Positions 38,688 to 48,101 of a stretch of DNA of 64,000 nt are shown here, one piece after another. Under the pieces are notes generated by a model. That model worked only from the letters and a program-made list of their open reading frames with translations, ran no database searches and was not told the origin of the DNA. The DNA is from Bdellovibrionota bacterium. GTDB taxonomy: Bacteria; Bdellovibrionota_C; UBA2361; JBIKUX01. Location of the stretch: the NCBI GenBank assembly GCA_044347345.1, contig JBIKUX010000007.1:1-64000 (forward strand). The letters are read 5' to 3'. How positions within the stretch are numbered: the stretch's first letter is position 1; every line of letters begins with the position of its first letter. The translations under genes and the position numbers were made by a program.

Positions 38688-39363
38688 TTTTATAGAGTAT
38701 CTAAGGATAGTTTTTCTTATTGTTGGATTTCTTGTTATGACTTTTCTGTGGGTTGCTCCCGGCGGAACATCTGAAGCTTTTACCATCAATAAATTATCCG
38801 CACCTGAAAAAAAAAGTTCTAAGGTATCAGCTATATCTAAAGTATCTGAGGTTTCACCAAAAATTGTTGCTGAAACTTACGACAGTACCTACCGAAAATT
38901 GCCAAGAAACAATACCCCACCTCCGCGCATAGTGGCTAAGGTGGAGAATCTTATGACATCACCTGTGGTGACGATTTCCGTGGAAAAAAACTACCGTGAA
39001 GCTCAAGAAGCTTTAGTAATAGGCAAATTCCGGCATTTACCGGTAATTGGTCGAGATCGATCTATTCAAGGCATTATCTCTGAGAGAGACCTTCTGCGAG
39101 CGGCAGCAACCAAAACTTATAACGAGAATTTAGGTATAACAACCGAGGAATTTTTAGCAGATTATTCGGTGCGCTTTCTTCTTCGGTCACCCGTTTTAAC
39201 TGCTACACCCGACAGCTCTATTAGAGAAGCAGCAGAGGTAATGTATGCAGCTAGAGTGGGATGTTTACCCGTTGTAAAAAGTACCCAATTAGTTGGCATT
39301 ATTACTCGTAGTGACATACTTAAAGCACTTGTAAATGAAGCTCCGATAGAAATATGGGTCTAA
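38656..39363 (+). CDS. CBS-domain protein (AcuB-like pair)
   Basis: LMTSPVVT, FRHLPV, GIISERDL, VGCLPVV, GIITRSDIL. Confidence 0.85.
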   Translation: MRHCQVCPISDFIEYLRIVFLIVGFLVMTFLWVAPGGTSEAFTINKLSAPEKKSSKVSAISKVSEVSPKIVAETYDSTYRKLPRNNTPPPRIVAKVENLMTSPVVTISVEKNYREAQEALVIGKFRHLPVIGRDRSIQGIISERDLLRAAATKTYNENLGITTEEFLADYSVRFLLRSPVLTATPDSSIREAAEVMYAARVGCLPVVKSTQLVGIITRSDILKALVNEAPIEIWV

Positions 39364-39479
39364 AAAATTACTTAAGTAATTTACTTTTTATCAGTAACAA
39401 TCAAACTAACCGAGACTCATGCCTCCTGCGTGTAGTGTCACCTCATATCGTTCTAGTAGTGGCGAGCCCCCCCGCGAGT

Positions 39480-39524
39480 CCGAGGGAAACATATCCGAGT
39501 GAAATATATCCGAGGGAAAAATAC
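39480..39524. repeat. 15-bp tandem repeat x3 at the core/accessory boundary
   Basis: CCGAGGGAAACATAT, CCGAGTGAAATATAT, CCGAGGGAAAAATAC. Confidence 0.8.
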
Positions 39525-39561
39525 TGGGACACTGCTCTTACCACTACCTCAGATTTTAAGT

Positions 39562-40236
39562 TTAAGGTGCTAGCCTCTCAGGGATTAACGTAAATCCATT
39601 GGTTGCCGAACCGACGATATTATAGATTACAAACTTCTTGGTCGCCACTCCAGATACCTTCGCTAGCGACTTTCTATTTCTTCCCGCAAACACGTTTACC
39701 TTGAACCTAAGTGTTCTGGTGAGCACACTTAATTTCGCAAAATCGCCGTTAGTAATCTTCCTAGTTGTCGGTCTGAGCAGGTCGCGGCTACTAAACCTCA
39801 CAGATACGGGTCCTGCAAAAGCGAGGTGCCGCACGGCAACCGTTGCGGGGATTAAGAGGTCTTTGGTGTTGTTAAAGACTACGAGCTGCGGTGTCTTGGC
39901 CTGCGACAGGCTCGCTACCAGCGAGAAGGAATTACTGAAATCATTCGGGATGGTTACACTTTGGGTGATAACCGGTGCCTGCCGACACGCCCCATCGGCA
40001 ATATGCACAGTTATGTTGTAGGTTGCCGGGGCAAGCTCGACGAGTGCTGATTGAGTAAAGGTAACACCTTTAAGCGCGCAACTGCCATTTACCGCGATAT
40101 CAACTGGAAGACCACGCGCAAGACCAAGATCGCGGCCATCGATGCCGTGCACCACATTTACCGAAGCCGCCCAAGTGGGTGACGAACTAACAAACATTAA
40201 GGCGACGAGAGCGAGGGTAAACCGTAGTAAGTTCAT
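39562..40236 (-). CDS. Secreted DUF4397-like protein
   Basis: Signal peptide; VNVVHGI..PVDIAVNG and VAVRHLA..PVSV repeats as recalled for DUF4397. Confidence 0.7.
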   Translation of the reverse strand: MNLLRFTLALVALMFVSSSPTWAASVNVVHGIDGRDLGLARGLPVDIAVNGSCALKGVTFTQSALVELAPATYNITVHIADGACRQAPVITQSVTIPNDFSNSFSLVASLSQAKTPQLVVFNNTKDLLIPATVAVRHLAFAGPVSVRFSSRDLLRPTTRKITNGDFAKLSVLTRTLRFKVNVFAGRNRKSLAKVSGVATKKFVIYNIVGSATNGFTLIPERLAP

Positions 40237-40271
40237 GTATACCTCAATTAAACTAGGAGATTATTAAATAC

Positions 40272-40339
40272 TGCTATTATTTAACAGCATTATGTAAGGG
40301 CACTTTATTTAAGTCAAGAATTGCTGCACATTAATGGCA
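40272..40339. promoter_or_regulatory. Two 18-bp imperfect palindromes in the divergent promoter region
   Basis: TGCTATTATTTAACAGCA (40272-40289) and TGCTGCACATTAATGGCA (40322-40339), starts 50 bp apart. Confidence 0.45.
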
Positions 40340-40370
40340 TCATTAGAAATATTCAAACGTATTGCACAGC

Positions 40371-41219
40371 ATGGCCGCCGCCGTCGACCTAACAGCATTT
40401 ATTCAGGCCATTGTAAGAACACTGGTACGCTGGTGCCTTAAACGCGGTGTGCGTGCAGCACAGGTCGAGGAGATCTTGCGGAAAACATTCGTGCAGGAAG
40501 CTCAACGTGAGATTGAAGTTGCTCAAGGCGCATTTAGTGTGAGTAAGGTAAGTGTTATGACTGGCCTGCACCGGACCGAGGTTGCGCGGCACCTTTCGAG
40601 CGAATCCACGGCGCCGGGCAAGCACGACATACTAAACAGAGTTATCGGTTTATGGTCTAGTGCGAAGAAATATCAAATAAAAGGTGGGCGCCCCAGAGCT
40701 TTAACCTATGAAGGTCTTGAAAGTGAGTTCGCAGCACTTGTGGCTCAAGTTAGTAAAGAGATTACCCACTATCCGATTTTATTTGAGTTAGAGCGTATCG
40801 GGGCGATTGAATATAGCGAAAACAAGGTCAAACCTGTGACCTTAGAGTATATACCGTGCGAAGATATACAGTATGGCCTCGACCTGCTCTCGTCCGACGC
40901 CGCTGATTTAGCCTCCGCCGTAGAGGCAAACCTAACAAACAAGAACGCTCAACCAAGCCTGCACCTACGCACATCTTTTGATAACATCGACCCAGAGCGC
41001 CTTGGTGAAATCCGCCAATGGATTCTAAGCAAAGGCGCCGAATTTCATTCAGCCGTGCGCGAGCACCTGGCCCAATACGATCGTGATGTCAAACCCGGAA
41101 CCGCGCCAACACTATCACGCGCGCGTGTAACGGTAACGAGCTTCTCCATCGCTGAGTCTATACAAACACCGAAGTTGATAATACCTAAAAAAAGAGGAAG
41201 GAAAAAATGCGTGTCGTAA
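40371..41219 (+). CDS. DUF6502-family protein (HTH-like N-terminus)
   Basis: IVRTLVRWCLKRGV, SVSKVSVMTGLHRTEV, RVIGLW, SEFAALVAQVSKE, ILFELERIG. Confidence 0.7.
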   Translation: MAAAVDLTAFIQAIVRTLVRWCLKRGVRAAQVEEILRKTFVQEAQREIEVAQGAFSVSKVSVMTGLHRTEVARHLSSESTAPGKHDILNRVIGLWSSAKKYQIKGGRPRALTYEGLESEFAALVAQVSKEITHYPILFELERIGAIEYSENKVKPVTLEYIPCEDIQYGLDLLSSDAADLASAVEANLTNKNAQPSLHLRTSFDNIDPERLGEIRQWILSKGAEFHSAVREHLAQYDRDVKPGTAPTLSRARVTVTSFSIAESIQTPKLIIPKKRGRKKCVS

Positions 41220-41929
41220 GTGTTCGCAGAGGCCTCCTCCTGCACTCAATCCCCGTCCTATTTGTGGTCACCATTATTGGTTGTGGTGGTGGCACTACGG
41301 GAACCTCTCCGACCAATGAACTAAAGTTTAGCGGCCTGGTGCAACAGTCGAACGGAACACCAGCGCCATCGCTTTTGATGACTGTACGCTCCGGCCTAAC
41401 TAACGACAACTTACTCTACTCGGGAACCAACGAACAGGGAGAGTTCGCAATGGATCTGCCAGCCGACGAGGAATCTTTAGTTATCGATGTTCAGGGTGTA
41501 GGCTCCACCACGGTGACCCGTGCTCAGCGCGGTGCAGGTATAATCACAGCGAAGCTTCAGGTGATGCCCGAAGGAGGGCTATCTACTTCGCAACTCTCAG
41601 AAGCGCAGATTGACGAGGCGGTGCTATGCAGCAGCTTAGCTGTGAGTGGCAATATGCTAAATATTGTAGGAGACGTTGGACAAGAACCGTGCCTGGTTGT
41701 CATCTCTATTGCCTCGCAAAAGCTCGGTGTAGCCGAGTTTGAAGGAGTATTGAGCGCCGTCTGTGATAACACTCGGGTAGACCTGGAAGCAGCAAGGGCA
41801 TCGCAACAAGGGCAAGGGCAGATAGCACTTGATCTTAACCGAGCTTTTTCTAGAGGGTGTGAGGAGGTTAAGCTTAGCGTTCTTCATAGCAAGGTACCGG
41901 AATTGGTTGCATCCTTTATTGTTGAATAG
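41207..41929 (+). CDS. Hypothetical lipoprotein with beta-sandwich (carboxypeptidase-regulatory-like) domain
   Basis: Lipobox IIG-CGGGTTGT; SGLVQQSNGTP..TNEQGEF; overlaps the DUF6502 stop. Confidence 0.7.
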   Translation: MRVVSVRRGLLLHSIPVLFVVTIIGCGGGTTGTSPTNELKFSGLVQQSNGTPAPSLLMTVRSGLTNDNLLYSGTNEQGEFAMDLPADEESLVIDVQGVGSTTVTRAQRGAGIITAKLQVMPEGGLSTSQLSEAQIDEAVLCSSLAVSGNMLNIVGDVGQEPCLVVISIASQKLGVAEFEGVLSAVCDNTRVDLEAARASQQGQGQIALDLNRAFSRGCEEVKLSVLHSKVPELVASFIVE

Positions 41930-42486
41930 TTCCTATAGCATTTACCGACCGTAACTAGTTTCGCACAGAATGGCTGTTATTGGTGAGCAGACCAGTCGGG
42001 GAGAAAAACTATAACCCCATCGATTTCAGTAGGTTCGCTCTTAGTTCCCCTTTTCTTTTGGTGATGCAGCGGTGTTTTCGGGGCGATTTAGCTATGTTGG
42101 AGAGATAGAAACTGGTGGTTTTGTTGAGGGCGTGTCATCTACGTGGCTCACGTAAAGCCCCTACCCCACCATTAATTATGAATGCGGCATTTTAGCCGCT
42201 TTTTTAGCCAATTCACACCGTATGGAGATAGATCTCTCCTGTCACCACCCATAGTAGTGTCGCGTATCAATCAAACAATCACGGATTAACAACTTAAGAA
42301 CAGCGGTAGCGCTCGCTACGATGGCAGGCCGTTCTTCTTTTGGAGCGGCGCGATCTCTTTTGGATCAGTGTAGAACTTAACAATACGCCCTAACGATAAG
42401 TAGGGTCTGGTCTCCTGTTTGTTTGTTAGCGCAGGCATAATAACCTGAAACTCTTAGGAGATCATGACTTCAATTTTCAACAAAAT

Positions 42487-43062
42487 TTGGCATACTTCCC
42501 TCTAAGCGAGTTACGGAACGCTTATTCGGTAGGGCTCGATAGAGGAGTTCCCGGTAAGCGTAGGCCACCCATAACCCTTCCTATGGTTTTTAAGCACCAA
42601 GAGAATCCTAAACACAGCGATATTTTTTCTATTCTACTATCCACTCCAAGTGAGGTACTCATCCCGGTCGAGGTAGTTGCGAACACAGCGCTCACGTTAC
42701 TCGCAGCGTGTAAGCCCGCAGAAGGAGAGACGACCGATCCCGTAATTGTGTTAGTAGCAGAGAGCCTTATTGCATCTTCGGCCTCTGCGCGGTGTCCAAA
42801 GGGTATCGCTAATGCCCTCGCCTCGGGCATAGTCGACTGCTTAATAAAAGAGCCGCCGACTCAAACTCCGGCTGAGGTTAGTACCATCACCTTTGATCCT
42901 GTAGCTACGCGGCTGATGGCGCTGTTTTCCTCCATAAACAATGCTATGGTTTGCGGTGATAGTGGCTATCAAGAGGGGAATATTCATAAACCGGGAACAG
43001 TAACAAGTTTTCTAAATATGTCGCCAGCAGTTCTTGCACCGCAAGATGAGGAACTAGCTTAA
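42487..43062 (+). CDS. Hypothetical protein, possibly 5'-frameshifted
   Basis: 191-aa ORF; the best RBS/ATG (AGGAG, ATG 42464) is out of frame. Confidence 0.4.
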   Translation: MAYFPLSELRNAYSVGLDRGVPGKRRPPITLPMVFKHQENPKHSDIFSILLSTPSEVLIPVEVVANTALTLLAACKPAEGETTDPVIVLVAESLIASSASARCPKGIANALASGIVDCLIKEPPTQTPAEVSTITFDPVATRLMALFSSINNAMVCGDSGYQEGNIHKPGTVTSFLNMSPAVLAPQDEELA

Positions 43063-43185
43063 CGTCTTCAGAGGTTCCTGCAATACGCTCGCAACAGCAA
43101 CACTCAGTTTGCACTAGCTTTAAACTATCCTTCCTCGTGCCCTGATACAAATTATTGCGGGATTGTTGCGACTTTTGAAAATGGG

Positions 43186-44028
43186 TTGCAAGACTGGTTT
43201 ATTCATCCAACGCCAGGGGCGTTTAGGTTTCCGCTGGGTGCTCCCATCGCGTGGAGAGATGATGACTTAACCCAAAAATTGAAAGAACGGACGGGTAGCA
43301 CAAACCATAATGAGGAATATATTCCTAAACGCGAAAGGCAGTTCAACGAAAGGATAGCTGCAGTAGTAGCTCAGGTCTGCTTTCCTGGGGTGGAAAAAGT
43401 ATTTCTGGCTGGGCATAACTCATCCGCAGACTATTTTGGGTATGATCTTGTCGTTCAAATTAGAGGCCCTAACGGGGAACTTAAGTTGTACGGCTTTGAT
43501 ATTAAAAGCTCCGTCGTCGGAGTTAATCGTCGTTTAACAGACTTCATTAAACACCGCCAGAGCTTAAAGCAGAACGTGCAAGAGCTAACCGGGTGGGTAG
43601 GAGTGTTTAATGATGAATGGAATGAATATATTCTATGGGCTATCAGAGAAGATAATATATGCGAGTTTATACAAAAAAAAGATGATGATGATGAGGGGAA
43701 GAACTTAATGGAACAAATCTGGTCTATCTGCAACCTTCTCCCCAATGATTTCGCTACCACGGAACACGGCCTTAGATTGGGCCTGCCACTACCAGTAGAC
43801 CTTGATAACCTGGAAAACATTATAAAGGATATGGAGACGGCTTTCGCACTCGAACCTCATCCCGATGCCTTCTATTGTGTACAGGCATTGGCGATTAGTT
43901 CGAGGTCTGGTTTCAGAAAGTCTAGAGAGGATATATTTGAGCTGTTTGAATTGTTGAGCCTCTGTGAAGATATGTCGCACAAACTATTTAATGCAATGTT
44001 AGAGTTCGAGGTGTTTGTTGAAACTTAG
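43186..44028 (+). CDS. Hypothetical protein with possible PD-(D/E)xK nuclease motif
   Basis: E..(n)..DYFGYDLVV..(n)..FDIKSS pattern. Confidence 0.45.
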   Translation: MQDWFIHPTPGAFRFPLGAPIAWRDDDLTQKLKERTGSTNHNEEYIPKRERQFNERIAAVVAQVCFPGVEKVFLAGHNSSADYFGYDLVVQIRGPNGELKLYGFDIKSSVVGVNRRLTDFIKHRQSLKQNVQELTGWVGVFNDEWNEYILWAIREDNICEFIQKKDDDDEGKNLMEQIWSICNLLPNDFATTEHGLRLGLPLPVDLDNLENIIKDMETAFALEPHPDAFYCVQALAISSRSGFRKSREDIFELFELLSLCEDMSHKLFNAMLEFEVFVET

Positions 44029-44108
44029 GGCTAAAGCACGCTGACCCGTAAAGTGATGATCTAATTTATTAAATAGCCAGATCACTCTTCCTACCCTCTT
44101 ACTCCTAC

Positions 44109-44491
44109 CCTCTTACTCTCAGGGATGTAGAGAAACCGAAGCGTACAGCTGTATGGCACACACAACTTCAATAATTATGACCTAAACACCTCTAGGTCTC
44201 TGAGAAAAAGAGACAAAAGAGAGCTTGCAGCTCCTGGCCTACTCTATGTTTTTGGTGTCCCGCCAGTTCGCGTCGACATACTCAACAATCTAACTGGTGC
44301 CCGCTTTGCAACAGCTTGGAAGAAGCGAGTAACTAAGAACATAGAAGGTGTGAAGGCAAAGATAGTCGGTAAAGGCACGCTTATTAAGTTAAGCGGAACC
44401 ACTTCGTAGACACGTTTGATGAGCCTAGCCCACGAACTGGTGGCCCGCACGCACTAGGCTCATCGGTAGTAGTACTAGCTACCACCACCGC
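44109..44491 (+). repeat. 383-bp direct repeat, copy 1 (nucleotidyltransferase fragment joined to IS91 fragment)
   Basis: Matches 59813-60195 with 6 substitutions counted by eye; + strand encodes FGVPPVRVDILNNLTGARFATAW, - strand encodes SSWARLIKRVYEV. Confidence 0.92.
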
Positions 44492-44692
44492 TTTTCGTTA
44501 GCTTTCATCTTAGGGCGGTAGTACAAACTAGCGCGACTGATTCCCAGGTTCAGCTGCTGATACTTCCGACACTTTCTGCCCACCACGTATCTTAGCAAGT
44601 ACCTCCGCCTTAAGCTCTTTCGATACAACTTTTCCCATAGACACTCCCTTAATAAATTGAGGTTCGGGTGTCTAAAAAATACGGGGGGAACA
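44492..44692 (-). mobile_element. IS3-family remnant (left end, OrfA start fused to OrfB start)
   Basis: Terminus TGTTCCCCCCGTATTTTTTAGACAC; RBS and ATG 44638 MGKVVSKELKAEVLAKIRGGQKVSEV; then LGISRASLYYRPK. Confidence 0.7.
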
Positions 44693-44724
44693 TCAGTTCC
44701 GTATGCTGGCACCCAGGACATCGT

Positions 44725-45420
44725 ATGCCGTCGAATATAGCTCCCGTCTCAAGCAACTCATTCTTGGAGTTGTCGATTCTTGTTCGGTATGGTCTCGCCT
44801 GCACCGAACTTACCTTCCCGTGATTTTGTTGTTCCCGCGGCTCGCGGTACCGCAGGCGTGCCCCAATTGATACAGTTCTTTACCGACTTGTGTACCACTG
44901 TCACGAGCAACTTAAATGGTGGTGGGAGGAGCGGTTCCAGCAGCAGTACGGAAGCATTACGCGATGAAGTACGTGAAGCGCTTCATTCATACCTTGACTG
45001 CGTAGTGCTCGAGCATGGTTGCTCAAAGGCAAGGCGCGGTGCACTGCGTGCCAGCCAGCATACGGAAACTCCGAGCGTTCTTCCGGTATGATCGCGCCTT
45101 GCACTTGCATCTCTACGCAAGTGCTTGGGTGAGTGTGCTTTGGCGAATATCAGGGAGAGTCAATGCCCGACGGCATCCCCGGCGCCGGCCGTGGCATGTG
45201 CGCTCCTCCACACTGCTGGGGAGAGAGCCTATCGCATCATTCTGCATCTCCATGCACTCGTAATCGCCAATCTCCTCGACCGGGAAGTTGCAGACTCAAT
45301 CCTCGCTCAAACCCATACTACACCAAACCACGCCAACCGAGCCCCGAACGGAAGATATTCAACGACGTGAGATTCGCGCACTGCCTCCACCGGTAGCCAC
45401 CAAAAAAGGCCTTCCACCCA
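44725..45420 (+). mobile_element. Degenerate, internally deleted IS91-family (HUH/Y2) transposase remnant
   Basis: Frameshifted pieces YRRRAPIDTVLYRLV, LRDEVREALHSYLDCVVLEHG, KLRAFFRYDR..AW, LHTAGE..HLHALV (HUH). Right end approximate. Confidence 0.75.
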
Positions 45421-45828
45421 CAGAAGTATTTAAGTCGAAACAGAAGCTATTCCAATGATTAAGAGCGACTTGACTACAATAAAGCTTGGAGATGGTCTGC
45501 CCCGGGAATCTAATCCGAGCCTTGTGTGAGGCTCCAAGGACTCCGGATAGTCAATACTCGCTCTAGTTACGAACGAGCATCGGATTGTACTACCATCGGG
45601 GAGTTTTCGGCTTTAGCTATAGGGATGGTTGGAGAGATACACTTAACCCACTGATCTTATCTACTTGTTCCTATATAGTACTTAGTAGTCTAGATCTTCT
45701 CTAGTTCTAATTTTTACGGAACCGACCTTAATTTAATTATTTTTCCGTTGGCTTTTTGGCTCTTCTGCAGCCTATTCGCGTTCGTTGTCGAAGCGACCCT
45801 CTCCGTAAACTAATGGGAGTGAAACGGT

Positions 45829-46511
45829 ATGCCCAGCACCAACACAGCTGTAGTAGTCCCCGCAGAGTACTACCCTTTACCTATCCCTGCCAAACGCAAG
45901 GTAAATCGGAAGGCCCGTGCAGCGAGGGCGTTGCCGACGCCAGTAAAACGTAAACAGCTGCGGCCGGCGCATCGAGTTCCTAACTGCACTCATGGGCAGA
46001 AAATTGATATTAGTGCGGTATTCCCCTGTTCATCCTTCTATCTCCTCCAAAAGCGTCTATTACCGACTCTTCTTTCGATTGCAGCCGGTATTTTTTGTTT
46101 AATAGTCCCTCCCTTCCGCACCTAATGAGTGCTATCTCCAGTGAGTCAGGCTTCTGGGGCGCAACAACAGCACTACGGTGCGTTGCTCTATTTCCAGTTC
46201 TCTACTTCCTGTACTGGAAAACTTTCCTCCAGACCCACCATGTATATGTAGACGGGTTTAGGCTAGTACGCGTGTGTGGTGTGCTCAACCGCGCAGTGGA
46301 CTCCCGAATTATATCGGTAGTGGGCGCCATTGCCCTAGAACAAACCCCACTCCAATACCTTTTCGGCTTCTACGACCTTAAATTCTTCCGAGCCCCCGGC
46401 AACACCCCAACCAAATTTATCTCCATCCCCTGCCTGCGAGAGCAAGATGCACTTGAGCTGCAGCAGTATCTTTGCGATCAGATGAGTCGACGGGCTATGG
46501 CGGTGGCTTGA
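45829..46511 (+). pseudogene. Membrane protein with bacterial PH (bPH_2-like) domain, split by a frameshift
   Basis: One extra T in the T6 run at 46091-46096 would join the 98-aa and 138-aa ORFs; GVLNR..LEQTPLQYLFG motif. Confidence 0.6.
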
Positions 46512-47099
46512 GGGGGGGGGGGGGGGGTGAGCTTGTCCGCTACTGCCTCGCCTTGGATTTATAAATCCACTCAGAAAACACCACCATTGCCGAAGTAGTC
46601 GTGGGCCTCCCCGGACTCCCGATCCTCGGCATAATAGAAGACGTATTTCTGATAATCACTCCAACTTTTTTCCCTCCTAATACTCTCTAGTTGAGGGGGT
46701 AATGTCGGCACTCCAAAATGTCCTTCAAGCTCGAAAAACTTTGAGAATAAAGGCTCGCAAAATTCCAAGTACAATCTGTACAACGGAGTCTTATAAGAGT
46801 GAATCAGGGCGCAGCCGCGTCCATACGCGTGGGCGGCCACCATATCGTAATACCCCCGTCTCGGAGCGACCCTTATCACCGCGCAACCCTGATAGCCAAT
46901 GAGGGCAAAATACTGGGGTATTTAGAAAAATCTACCCCTTCTGTCTCGATTTTCTCCCGCTCTATAAGCAGCACCACAAGATACTAGCGTACCTATCAAT
47001 TACCTCGTTTTCTAGGGCTCTTTATTTGCCTAAACTTCACGGGCTCCTAGCGCTTTTAGCCCAAGGCCATATACCGCCCCTTGAATTACCGAGGCAGAA

Positions 47100-48077
47100 T
47101 CAAAGAGAAGAAATTCTTCGAGCAGTGTAGCCCACTGGTTCATACTGTTGACCCTTCCTCAAAGCCTCAACAATACCTAGAATATCGCGACTATCACTAA
47201 CAATCCCTACAATTCTACCTAAAGGCGGCTCATCATCGGTACGGCCCTTCTCAATCTTCTCTCTAACCTCTGTCCAAAGGATATCTATTTCCGCAATTGA
47301 TGGCGTCTTTCCATAGGCTCCGAGGAAAACAACCACGTCGAGGCCAGCCCTGAGCCCGGCAGCTATACCGCTTGGTGAATCCTCGACCGCAATACCTTGC
47401 TTACCACTGAGCCTTGCCACGTCAGCAGCTTTCACTGCTTGTAGATAAACATCGGGATATGGCTTACGTCGACCACCTCCAGCCATGAAGTCAACGTTTT
47501 GGGCGCTAAAAATTTTATTTTTTGGGAAGTACTTCGTCATTCTTGTTGATTGAAGAATTGCAGTGAGCCGCTGATCAGCGCTACTCGACACGAGATAAGG
47601 GACAATACCGAGGTTGGTCAACTGCGACATAAGCTCCCGAGTTCCAGAAGTCAGCTCAAGGGGAGGGTTTCCTCGCAAAAAGTCCTCGGTAATTCTCTCC
47701 ATCTCGAGATCAGCCCAACGATCAACAAAATCCTCTATGCCCTCTTGGAAAGGGTTCCCATTTGTAATCTTCACTTTGAGCATGTCGCGAAACGCTCCAC
47801 CCGTATGGCCTGCTATGAATTGGTCCACACTCTCAGTGAATTCAACAGCGGTTCCTTTCTTGATATTCCAGGCTCCTATGGCTTCTCTTAGGACATCATA
47901 ACAAACAGTTAGAGCGCGACGCTCGGTCTCTGCTAAGGTATCATCACAATCAAGATAAAGAATCGGCACCTCTTTTGCCTCAAAACATAGAGGCAAAAGA
48001 ATCTCGTTACCTGATCGATCCAACAAACCCTGTGCTGGCTCCCTACTCGCACTAACAGCGGCACCACTTGTAAACAT
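47100..48077 (-). CDS. HAD-superfamily sugar/polyol-phosphate phosphatase (CbbY/beta-PGM-like)
   Basis: DCDDT motif I, VSSS motif II, RRKPYPDVY, VEDSPSG motif IV; GAGGAG RBS. Confidence 0.85.
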   Translation of the reverse strand: MFTSGAAVSASREPAQGLLDRSGNEILLPLCFEAKEVPILYLDCDDTLAETERRALTVCYDVLREAIGAWNIKKGTAVEFTESVDQFIAGHTGGAFRDMLKVKITNGNPFQEGIEDFVDRWADLEMERITEDFLRGNPPLELTSGTRELMSQLTNLGIVPYLVSSSADQRLTAILQSTRMTKYFPKNKIFSAQNVDFMAGGGRRKPYPDVYLQAVKAADVARLSGKQGIAVEDSPSGIAAGLRAGLDVVVFLGAYGKTPSIAEIDILWTEVREKIEKGRTDDEPPLGRIVGIVSDSRDILGIVEALRKGQQYEPVGYTARRISSL

Positions 48078-48101
48078 GAAAACTCCTCAAAAATGAATAA
48101 A

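Noticed and set aside
46571..46987. Short overlapping ORFs on both strands
   Set aside because: No RBS or motif recognised; possibly a gene relic but not assignable.
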